The position numbers were made by a program, and so were the translations under genes. Below are positions 12,260 to 23,070 of a stretch of DNA of 64,000 nt, in pieces. Position 1 is the first letter of the stretch; each line of letters starts with the position of its first letter. The stretch is taken from positions 124,001 to 188,000 of the forward strand of contig NW_026781490.1 of assembly GCF_030144855.1 (NCBI RefSeq), given 5' to 3'. Source of the stretch: Hypanus sabinus (Eukaryota). A model generated the notes under the pieces. That model was given only the letters and a program-made list of their open reading frames with translations, had not been told where the DNA came from and did no database searches.

Positions 12260-13120
12260 CGATTGATACGAGTGTGCCAGGAGCAGCCCGACACAATTTT
12301 GTGTGAGAGTTTTCTGGACAAGGAAAATGATTTTCAAATGTTCAGTGCAGCACTGAGTAAGAAATTGGGGAACAAAATGTGGCCTCGGATGGGTGGGGGG
12401 GGGAGCCTGGGTTATTACCTCATGAGAACAAGCAGTAAATCTGATATGGAAAAAGAACTGAGGAAAGAAGTGGAAATCGTTGAAAAGGAAATGGAAGGAA
12501 AAGGCAGATGTAAAATGGAAGTTTGCCAGCTATGCCACTGATGGCCTACTGGCTTCAGAATTGGACTTTGAGGCGAGAGGTCTCGAGTTCGAATCCAGCT
12601 GACTCCCTTGCACACTTTCATCCGTGCTGGGTTAGAGCTGGTGATCTCTTAAACAAAACAACTCACCCAGCAGAAGGCAATGGCAAACTACTGCTGTAAC
12701 TTGCCTTGTACATGATTTCCCAACACCGCACAGCGGCGTGGAAGGAAATCCTCGGCTAACTGGAAAAAGCTCCGGATGTGACATACGTTTAAAGTGGAAC
12801 AGTATATTATCAGCAAGTTGGAGGAATAATGGAATGGGATAGAGGTATGTACTGCAGAAGGAATTCCAAAGGTTGGGAGCCGCTAAAAGTGGAGCGTGAA
12901 TGGCTGGATGTGACTTGTGGCCTGCTACGGCAGTTTCACAGGAGACCAAGCCTTTAAACTGGGGGGACAAATACCCATTATTAATGACTTACTGCTCCAA
13001 TGCTTACCAACTAAGTTAGCCAACATTATTAATACAAATAATATGGATTGGCCTGACAATGACCGAAATCGAATGTGACGTGCTTCGACATATTTTTGGG
13101 ACCCAACTTTCGAATCCCGA
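12260..13120 (+). pseudogene. gag: ERV-B gag remnant, interrupted by a SINE
   Basis: Lies after PBS and leader; matrix-like WP..G.GS motif; QCLPTKLANIINTNNMDWPD resembles a capsid C-terminus; similarity is weak. Confidence 0.45.
12535..12790 (+). mobile_element. tRNA-derived SINE, same family as 1523-1768
   Basis: B box GAGTTCGAATCC; GAAGGCAATGGCAAACTACTGCTGTAAC body. Confidence 0.8.
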
Positions 13121-13124
13121 TCAA

Positions 13125-14109
13125 CCCCGAAGGAAACTAATATTCTCCTGTTTGATTCTTACTAAGAGAGAGAGGGGGGCAGAACTATTTGACTATGCAG
13201 CATGTTTACACTTGTTCACAGCTTGTGTTTATATAGCTCACAGTTTGTTTTATTTAAGCAAGGACAGTCACAAACACAGTCAGCCAGAGAGAAAGAAAGA
13301 AGATGGAAGGTTCGAAACAAAGGGCCTAGTGGCCAAAGGCCACTGTTTGGACTCTCCTATGCCCACAAGGTGTGTTGACTATTGATCCAGCGTGTACTGA
13401 ATGTGTGATTGTCACTTTGATCCATAGGAGTGGATCTGTTGGTTTGGGAGTATCCTGTGAAGACCACTTGTGCTAACCCTTGCCTGGGCGTGGTAATTCA
13501 CTTGAAGAGGTACCCTTGTGACCAATCACTGTTGGTGATAATTCGTATAATCCATATGGGGATGTTGTTGGAGTATCTCGCGGCTACCACTTTTGTTAAC
13601 CCTTAGCCGGATTCGGGTGTGTTATGTGGTAACCACTTGTGAGAAGGGATATTCTGTGGAAATCACTGTCGGTAATACTTTGTGTGTTGGATCTGGATTG
13701 GGAGTACCTTGTGGAATCTACCTGTGCGTCAACCCTTGCTTGTGTGGTAGTTCCTTCTGAAGACAGTACGCCTGTGATAAGCTGCTTCTGGTGATAATTT
13801 GTATGTAGATTTAGAACGACGACGGATAGAACCTACAGCGACTGTTAACCTGTCATTTATTCCATGGCTGAACTGAACTTTCATAGTTCACCATCTCAAG
13901 ACTTTAAGCTTGGTATTCCCTGAGCTCAAAGGTTTGGGAGTTATATTTACACGTATGTGTACTCATAACACTTTTTAACTTTTGATTATTTTGCTTAATT
14001 TGTTATATTATAAGTAGATACGAATAAAGAGAGTGGTTTTAACATCAAAACCAGACTCCAGGTGTGGTCTATAGCTGCTGGTTCATTTAAACCAATTGGG
14101 TACGTAACA
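13125..14109 (+). mobile_element. Gypsy-type LTR with damaged 5' end and an internal triplication
   Basis: Ends CGTAACA; AATAAA near 14023; homologous to 50710-51976 and, inverted, to 38580-39334. Confidence 0.8.
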
Positions 14110-14900
14110 GTGCTGCTCGTGTTTATGTCTTTAAGAGGGCTCACCCCAGCGCCCAGGGGCCCCCATGTTAACACCTTTCTGTCTCTCTGTCACACCTATG
14201 CCAAGCAGGTAGAACCAGGGGCCTGCTGGGTTTGTGCTGAAATTCCTCGGTATGATAAAAGTATGATTCAAATGTCAGTAATCCTGCTCAACTAGAGTGA
14301 GGAACTATCTGCCTGGGCTTTTTCAAATAACACCCGGGGAAGAGAGTGAGGAACTGTGGTCCAGTCTGTGATGACCGTGGCTGTCAGTGTTTTGAGGGAT
14401 GGTGTCTCAGGGCCCCACCAAACGGAACTTCCTATGCTGGGAAACATGAATCCTGGCCATATCTGCAGGAGCCCAGCAGCCGAGAGGAATAACTGAGACT
14501 GAGCGATTTTTGATGATAGTTTTTCTCTCCTATGGAGTAGCCAGAAATTCATGAGGGATAATCAATTTGGCTATAAGAACTTCAGGAGCTGGCCACAAGG
14601 CTGCAGGGGCCCTGTGACAGAAACACAGGCCCAAGTAACAGAAACATCCATTGAAATGATTGCAATCTGGCAAACAGTCGTACAGAATCGTACGACTTTA
14701 GATTTTATCCCAGCTGATAAAGGGGGAACCTGTGCTATTATTGACACAGAATGCTGCACCTGCATCCCTGATGAGTCTACTAACGTTACATCCCTCTCCG
14801 AGCACACTGCAAAGGAGTGACAGCATCAAGAAAGTAGGGCAGGATTTACACGGGTTCACCAAAGGGTTGAAATGGTGATCTTCAAAGGACTGTAAGGTAA
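14110..14900 (+). pseudogene. env: ERV env remnant, gamma-type
   Basis: SU CWVC motif; TM QNRTTLDFIPADKGGTCAIIDTECC (immunosuppressive domain plus CX6CC); stops and frameshifts. Confidence 0.9.
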
Positions 14901-15067
14901 TATGTGGGGCAAAGTCCTAATCCTATGTCCTAAAAGTTGTACATATCATTGTTATAATTACTGATGTATGTTGTTTTTCCCCACTGAGAAGTCAAAGCTG
15001 TACTCAGTTGCTTTCTCTGTAAAAAAGTTACTGCTTTGTTGATCATGTAATGATCTAAAGAAAGGAA

Positions 15068-15373
15068 TGATAAAGTATGTAAAAGGGTTAGCACTTGGTT
15101 AAACTATAACAGCCTGTTTTTCTGAAAGAAACTGCTGATGATCAACAGATGTACTAAGCCATGCTGAGCCATATTTCTTTTTGAGGGTAGCGAGCTACGG
15201 TTTCAGGATGCTTATCTCCTTGTGCACTCATGTGTAGAGATAGGACAGCGTCAGTCTGTTCTGTGTGTGTGAGCCATTATGACTATTTTGTAATTTGTCT
15301 TTAGGGGCTGTCACAGTAAATAACTTTGGCTCCATCCGGTCTTGTGTGGGGGAGTATCTGGACAGATACATCT
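15068..15373 (+). mobile_element. ERV-A 3' LTR
   Basis: Follows polypurine tract AAAGAAAGGAA; paralog of 36036-36351. Confidence 0.7.
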
Positions 15374-15691
15374 AATGTGTAAGGGGAATTGGTGGATAGG
15401 GTGGGAGCTTTCACAGTCTGTTCCTGTCTGAGTGACTAACTGAGTAAGCCCCGGGTGCTTGGAACAAAGAGTTTGTACTTTATCCGGATTCGACTTCCAC
15501 TGAATGGGAGTGGTTTTAAAGGGCTGGGCTGCTGGAAGCACATTACCAGACCGGGACTGATTGCAACTGGGTCTGACAGAAGCATAACTGGTTCTTCTGG
15601 GGACATTCAGTCTCACTCCAGCTATTTCCTACCTTCCCTTGTACAGGTACGTAATGTCCAAAGGACGTGTTTATGAGTAAATGAGACTCAC

Positions 15692-15868
15692 CAAACTTTC
15701 TCCTGACTGAATCACTGGGAAATCTGAGTCTCTTGATGAAAAGTTGTTCTCTCCAGTTGCTGTTCTCAGTCCTCGGGCCAATTCACTTGTTGCTGTTCCC
15801 TAGTCTTCAGCTGTGGTTTGCTTCCAGTGGGGGTTTTTCTTCAAATAAACTTCTCACCGCATGTCTAA
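15692..15868 (-). other. Putative non-coding exon 2 of ZNF-A
   Basis: AAG/ acceptor and TTG/GTGAGT donor conserved in the paralog at 36685-36852. Confidence 0.5.
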
Positions 15869-16079
15869 CTTTAACCAGAGAGATAATGAAGTATGTTAAC
15901 ATTAAAAAGGAGAACCAAACATTTCTGCTCAATGTTACTAAGAACAAAACTCACTGAAATTTAAATGATGAATGCAGATATAATGATCTCAGTGAACAAT
16001 CTTTTATTGTCCCTCACACATCACAAAATGATATGGGATAAGAAGGAGCCATCATTCAGTCAGGAACAGAATTATGTGA

Positions 16080-16550
16080 TTTGATCCATCTAGTCCGCCC
16101 TACCATTTACCATGGCTGATTTTTATTCCAACACCATGTTCCTGCCTTCCTCCCGTAATCCTGAGCTACTCACCAATCATGAATATATTAATTTGTGTCA
16201 TAAATATACAAAATGGCAGCCTCAACCAACCTCTGCGGCAACAAATTCCACAGATCAGACATCTCTTAGCCAAAAAATTCTTCTCATCTCAGTTTTAAAG
16301 GGAAGCATCTTCATTCTGAGACAGTGCTGTCAGATCACAGACTCTGCGTCTAATGGAAACATCCTCTCCATGTCCACTGTATCCAGGCTTTTCAGCATTC
16401 GGAAGGTTTGCTTAACCATACATCCCCCCACCACCCCCACCGTCCCTCTGAACTCCATTGAGCACAGGTTCAGAACCATCAAATGCTCCTCATACATAAC
16501 ATCGATTATTCCTGAGATTATTTTTGTAAACCATGTTAGCAGCAATTGTA
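16080..16550 (-). mobile_element. CR1 3' fragment
   Basis: KQTFRMLKSLDTVDMERMFPL; paralog at about 37085-37525. Confidence 0.75.
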
Positions 16551-18522
16551 CTGAACACATTTCCAGGAATAAGAGATAAATTGATACCAGGATAATTTAC
16601 AGGGTAAGTTGAGATTTCTTTATTTTTCTACTAGCACAGAATGTGCCATTTCCATTTCCAGGTTAATTTCAGGAAATATAAACCATTCCAAGGTAAATGT
16701 AATAAAAAGAAACTAGAATTATCAGAAATTCTCAGCAGGTAAGGAACAGCTTTGGGAGAGGAACAAACTTTACAATTCAGGGTAATAATGTTTTGTCAGA
16801 ATGACTTCAAGCATTTTCAGTTTTTATTGCAGATCTCCAGCAACTTGGGATTCTGCCTGATTTCCACCGAGTGACAGACAGAAGACAGTGAGGGGGGGAT
16901 TTCGAAGAACAGTTTGAACACCAAACTCAGGGTCTATCTCTACTGTTGTAAACACGGAACAGCCCATTTACTCACAGCCTCTCCCTGTGAGGATGGAATG
17001 GGAACATCCTCTCCTCAGACTGGCAGTCATTGCTTCCAAAGGAATTCCAGAAACAAACATCTGATCCCAGACCAGAAATACTCACTCAACACCTCACAAG
17101 CCCAAGCAGCTCAATCCCTGGGTCCACTTTACCTGGATCAAAAACTGATATCTCAGGACCCAACATCACAGGCTCACACAGCTTAATCTGCCACTCACCG
17201 ACCCTGAGAGTCTCACACTTTGTTCCCACATCTCACACTGGGTAGTTTAATCCAGGATTTCCCCACAACCAATGTCCAGCTGCTCGAAGAAGGACATCCA
17301 TCCAGCCCCTTCTGTAGAAGCACTAACCAAAGTCAAATCCAAAACACCGACAGTTCCATATGGCTGGAACACTGATCACAGGACTAGAGCCAAACAAAAC
17401 CCTCCCAGTACTCTTTGCTGACTGTAATATGATGAAGTGTGTCAGGCAGTCACAGTTCACAAAATAGCACTCCCACACCAATGCACAACAGAACTGGTAC
17501 CTGATGAACCTCTGGTTTTCCAGCTGACAAGAACTGATTCTGGAAATAACTCAGCGAGGCCGAAGGTGTAAAAGAATACCTCACAATGAAGACAAGAATG
17601 ATTGCCGATATATATCATTGAAGAGGTGTGATACAGGGTGGACCAAGGTTGACCCAGATGGTTGATGCATGTCACTGATGTTGGTGGGAGAGAGACTGGA
17701 CAGAGGTTGAACAAGATGGGCAGGGAATGAGCAGATAGAATGAGGTGGAGAAGAAATCAAGGACGATCAATTATGGTTCTCCAGCAATACACAGATACTG
17801 AATTAATAGTACTCACTACTGTATAAAGGATCTTAAAATGACAAAGTTAGAACAAACAACAAGAACTTTGCCATATATACTTTGAACCCTCACCAAATTG
17901 TTATCAACACACCATAGAAAGTTTCCCATTCAGACACTTCATGCTTTTCATGGTAACTGCTCTGCCCGTGACTGCGAGGAACAGCAGAGACCTTTGGTCC
18001 AGATCAGCACTTCACAGAAACCATTCTCACACTAGACTTCCCAGTCCCTCAGGAAAGCAGGTAGTGAAATCAAAGATCCCTACAACCTGGGGCATTCTCC
18101 TTCCTCACCCACCAGCCAAAAAGCTCAAAGACAAATGCGAGGAGGCTCAGGAAGTGAGACAAGTTGGGGGAAGTTAACGGGACTCAGTGGCCAACATCAG
18201 ATTCCCCAACACAACATGGAGGAAGCATCACCTCACATCCGGGGACTCTGACCGCACACCACATGATCTTGAGTCACAAACCAGAGGGCGGGGTAGATCT
18301 GTGTTAAACAGCCTCATGTGACCTGTTGGTGGGTCTCCCATTTCAACTCTGTGGAAATAAACTGCCTGGGCTCCTGGTTTGGATCGTTCAATGCAGATTG
18401 AGTGACATCTACTTATTTTTGAAGAGCCCAGATAATTGGAAAATAAATGAGTAATTGGCCCTCAGTTCAGCACTCATGGCTAACATTGGATCTCCCCACT
18501 CGGGATCGGTCTCAATACTCAC

Positions 18523-18735
18523 TGATGGGAAAACGATATCTTCGGCCCGCAGACTGTGATCTGATCCCGGGCTTCCTGACCTAGGAGGGGAGGACCCTTT
18601 CCCAATCCCGCAGACAATCCGCTTCAGTACTGAGCAGAAAGGAAAACACCACCCAACCGGAGACAGTGAGCATGCGCGAAGAGTTAGTTACATCTGTGGA
18701 TAAATGGGAGGGGCAAACAGGATCACGTGACTGGT
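18523..18735 (-). promoter_or_regulatory. Putative ZNF-A promoter and exon 1
   Basis: Donor GTGAGTATTG (GT at 18522-18521), NRF1-like GAGCATGCGCG (about 18669), E-box ATCACGTGAC (about 18722); same order at 21284-21535 and 37810-38065. Confidence 0.6.
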
Positions 18736-19014
18736 GGGGTCCCCCCCCCCCCCAGGCAGAGAGTCCAGCTACCCACCACTTCTGTGGAAAGAGACAAACT
18801 TGCCGCTCAGATCTCCTCTCACCTTAAATGTATTAGACATTTCAACCCCCAGGAAAAATATATTATCTGTCCACACAGATTCATAATCAGGTTTATTATC
18901 ACTGGCGTGTGGTGTAAACTTTGTTAACTTTGCAGCAGCATTTCAATGCATGACATAATATAGAAGAAAAAGAAAACACAAAATAAAATAATAAGAATTA
19001 CAGTATATGTATAT

Positions 19015-20003
19015 CTGGGACCATTGCTCATCGTGATTGTTATAAATGACTTGGATGAGGAAGTGAAGCGATGTGTTAGTAAATTTGCTGATGACACAAA
19101 TGTTGGGGGTGTTGCGGATAGTGTGGAGGGCTGTCAGAGGTCACAGTAGGATACCGAAAGGATGCAAAACTGGGCTGAGAAGTTGCAAATGGATTTCAAT
19201 CTGGATAAGTTTGAAGTTGTTCAATTTATTAGGTCAAATATGATGGCAGAATATAGCATTAATGGTAAGCCTCTTCACAGTGTGGAGGATCAGCGGGATC
19301 TTGGAGTCTGAGTCCAGAGGACACTCAAACCTACTAAGCAGGTTGACTCTGTGGTTAAGACGACAAATGGTGCATTGACCTTTATTAATCGTGGAATTGA
19401 GTTTAGGAGCCGAGAGGTTTTGTTGCAGCTATATAGGACCCTGGTCACACTCCACTGTGCTCAATTCTGGTCACCTCACTACAGGAAGAATGTGGAAACC
19501 TTAGAAAGGGTGCAGAGGCACGTTACAAGGATGTTGCCTGGATTGGGGAGCATACCTTATGAGAATAGGTTGAGTGAACTCGGCCTTTTCTCCTTGGAGC
19601 GACAGAGGATGAGAGGTGACCTGATAGAAGTATATAAGTTTATGAGAGGAATTGATCATGTGGATAGTCAGAGGCCTTTTCCCAGCGCTGAATTGGTTAC
19701 CACAAGAGGGCACAGGTTTAAGTTGCTGGGGAGTACGTACAGAGGAGATATCAGGGGTGAGTTTTTTTTTTGCCAGAGATTGGTGGGGAGTGGTGTAATG
19801 GGCTGCCGGCAATGTTTATGGAAGTGGGCATAATAGGGTCTTTTCGGAGATTTTTGGATAGGAACCTGGCGGCACTGGAGAAAAACTAACTTAGAAAAAT
19901 AGAGGGCAATGGGTAACTATAGTAATTTCTAAGTTAGGGACATGTCAGCACGACTTTGTGGGCCAAAGGGCCTGTACTGTTCTGTAGGGTTTCTATTGTT
20001 CTA
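19015..20003 (+). mobile_element. CR1 ORF2 3' half, decayed
   Basis: SKFADDT; HCAQFWSPHYRKNVETLERVQR in ORF 19351-19833. Confidence 0.9.
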
Positions 20004-21009
20004 TGAATAAATTAAAAATCATGCAAAAAGCAGAAATATTATATATTTATATTGAGGTCGTGTTCAAGGGTTCAATGCCCATTTGGCTATCAGATGGCAG
20101 AGGGGAAGAAACTGTTCCTGTATCACTCAGTGTGTGCCTTCAGGCTTCTGTACCTCTCTCTCTCTTTGATGGTAACTTTGAGAAAAGGGCAGCCCTGGGT
20201 GCTGGAGTTCGTTAATAATGGACGCTGCCTTTCTGAGACACTGCTTCTAATCCTTTGGTAATCTTATAAACGTCTATTCAGTCTCACACCAGCCGGCACG
20301 TCTCCAGAGAAAACAACTCAAGTTTGTCCAACCTCTCGTTATAGCTCAGGCCCTCTATTCCAGGCAGTGTCCTGGTAAACCTCTTCTGCGCCCTCTCCAA
20401 AGCCCCGACATGCTTCAGAGAACGAGAGCGACCACAAATGTATGAAACACTCCAGATGTGGCCTAATTAATCTTATAAAGCTGCAACACAACTTCCAGAC
20501 TTTTGAACACAATGATAAAGAGAACCACACCATTTGCCTTCTTAATCTGTGCAGATCAATCTGTGCGGTCGCTTTCAGGGAGCGATGATCTCGGACTCCA
20601 AGACCCCTCTGATCATCAACACTATTCAGGGTCTTGCATTTAACAGTGTACTGTCTCTTTACATTCCACCGACCGAGCTGCGAAGATGATCATCACTAAT
20701 CAAATCTCACTGAGATTTCTCAGGACCTGTTGAATTTATTGCCAAGTGCACAAGCAGGGGAAGGTACAGGTACAGAGAAACACTGACTTGTAGCAGCATC
20801 ACAGACAAGTATATTCAGATAACACACGGAACACAAATTATACGATTCTCTGTCAGTAACAGTATAGAAATATGTTTACGTCATCCTGCTAATAGGACCA
20901 GAACAACAGGGGCTGAGCGGCGGCTCATCTCAGAGACCTTGTGAGACCTTCACACCGAACCGACCCCGGCAGATTCTGTGAAGGAAGCGAGGCGAGGCCG
21001 CCAGTCCGG

Positions 21010-21215
21010 GAAAGTTCATCCCCTCCCCCTTCAGGTTTCACCGATCACCTTCTGTTTCTCTCTCCCTTCCCCACCCCCACCTCCAGTCCTGCCGAAGGGT
21101 TTCGGCCGGTTATGTCGACTGTACTCATCTCCTAGATGCTGCCCGGCCTGCTGAGTTCCTCCAGCATTTTGTGCGCGTTGCTCGCAATTCCAGCAACTGC
21201 AGATTTTCTTTGTTT
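21010..21215 (+). mobile_element. Penelope-like terminal repeat with a decayed hammerhead at 21084-21121
   Basis: CAGTC-CTGCCGA-AGGGTTTCGGCC...GTC-GACTG followed by TAGATGCTGCCCGGCCTGCTGAGTTCCTCCAGC. Confidence 0.75.
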
Positions 21216-21283
21216 GAGTTCAGGAAAGTTAACTCACTACCCAACGTCAGAACTCCCCGATCGGAACTGGCTTCAATACTCAC

Positions 21284-21945
21284 CGAAGGAAAATTGTTGG
21301 TGTTGCCCCGCAGAGAATAATCCGTCTCCGGCTCCCCGTCCAAGGGGGCGAGAACCTACTCCCCATCCCGATCTCACCACCGACCCGGTTTCACAAAGAA
21401 CGAAAAAACAGCACTGCCAAGCCCGGGAATGTGAGCATGCGCAATGTGCTAATTGCGTCATCAGGCGGTGGGCGGGGCCTCGGAAACAAACCCGAAGATG
21501 CTTCCGATCTGCGGTAAAACGGGATCACGTGACGAGTGGAGGGTCTCTCAAGTCACCCGTTGACTGTTCCTCGCCCTTCACACCCTGCCCTTCCCACCGC
21601 CGCATTTTCCACATTATTTTATTATTTCCCTATATTATTTCCAAATTTAAACCAGATACGTATTTAGTTTTTCCCACCATATCTTCCCCGGTCCCGTTCC
21701 CTCCAGCCCCAAGTCACAGAGCGCTCAGAGTTAGAGTTTCGATTCCCATCCCAGTCAGAAACTGAACTCAGACCCAAACCGGAAGTGTGCAGGTTTCATT
21801 TAAATCAGTCTATGTCAGTAAACACTAATTTCTATTCACATTCCTCCGGCCTCACTGATCAGGAACACTGAATCATTAAGTGAGAAACAGCAGCAGGAGG
21901 CCATTCAGCCCTTCTAACCATCAACAAAATGGCGGCTGCTCTCCC
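21284..21945. promoter_or_regulatory. CpG-rich promoter with a third copy of the minus-strand exon 1, possibly bidirectional
   Basis: Donor at 21283-21278, GAGCATGCGCA, GGGCGGGG, ATCACGTGAC, ETS ACCGGAAGTG (about 21779), YY1 AAAATGGCGGC (about 21926). Confidence 0.6.
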
Positions 21946-22359
21946 TTCTTAGCCACAAACTTCTGCCCGATCCTCTTTTCCTCGATTCCCCTCGGTCTCC
22001 ACACATCTGCTTTTCTCTGTTTTATGTGAGGACGATCACTGAGTCTTCACCACCCTCTGTGGTGCGGATTTACAAACATTCACCACCCTCAGAGTGGAGA
22101 CATTTCCCCTCATCTCAGTCCCGGACAGTCCATCCCTGTTTCAGAGACTGGGATCCCTGGTTCAACCGGTAATGATGTTGTGCATTTCAATGTGTTCACC
22201 TTTCAGTCCTCGCTTCTCTAAATGAAAGGGTTATCACATTTGATCGTTCTTCATATGATGACCCCACCACTCCAGGGATTAGTCTGGTGCAGCTTCATTG
22301 CACGCTTTATAACAAATACTCTCTAACCTCTCTGTTCATCCTCTGTGGAATTAATTTCC

Positions 22360-22610
22360 ATCTTCTGCAGCACCGTGTTGGTCCAACCACTTACTTCCCA
22401 CCCTTGTCACTATTTCCACCATCCCACCTCCCCCCTCACCTGGATCCACCTCTCACTCCCCGGCTCTTGCCTCATCCCCACCCCTCTCCTCTTTTCTCTG
22501 ACTATTTCCCGTCTACTCTCAGTCCAGAGGGAGGGTCTCGGCCCGAAATGTTGACGGTCCATTTCCCTCCACAGATGCTGCCCGACCCACTAAGTTCCTC
22601 AGGCAGCGTC
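22360..22610 (+). mobile_element. Penelope-like 3' end with a decayed hammerhead at 22520-22556
   Basis: AGTCCAGAGGGAGGGTCTCGGCCCGAAATGTTGAC; paralog at about 55545-55735. Confidence 0.7.
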
Positions 22611-22739
22611 TTTGTATCCTGGTAAACTGACAGCCTGACAATGTGGACCATGGATACCCCTTCCTCTAAAAGTCATCGAATCACTCAGACGGCTAATCGC
22701 TGACAGGAATTATATTTGTTGGTCATTACATTCCAGCTG

Positions 22740-23070
22740 GATGGAGTTGATGGGGAGTTCGGCGTGTCCCCGTGAAACAGCCGAACGGCCGAGCTCTCTG
22801 CACTGTCCCTCCGGCTCCGGCCAGTGGTGGCGCTGTGGGGACCACCGGCCAGTGTCTTGAGCAGAGGGAGACGCGCAGGCGCGCTGCCGACACTAAGCCT
22901 CGCAACTCCGAGCGGCGGTGAGCCGGGGCCGATGTCGGGTTTGTGTAAATCGGGGGCCGGTAGCAGTGAGAAAGGGCCTGGCCCAAGCTCTGTCGGGTGG
23001 CTGTGGGCTCCAGGCACTCCTCAGCCCCGGTTTTAACTTTGCGACCGAGCCCGGGCTGTGGGATCAATTC
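22740..23070. promoter_or_regulatory. CpG-island-like segment
   Basis: Visibly GC- and CpG-rich; GCGCAGGCGCG NRF1-like site; partly paralogous to 56850-56900 and 57520-57600. Confidence 0.45.

Noticed and set aside
14062-14820. Possible domesticated syncytin-like env
   Set aside because: Both copies have stops, frameshifts and a truncated SU.
6100-20000. Strand-biased piRNA-cluster-like TE trap
   Set aside because: TE fragments lie in both orientations relative to ZNF transcription, and the idea cannot be supported without small-RNA data.
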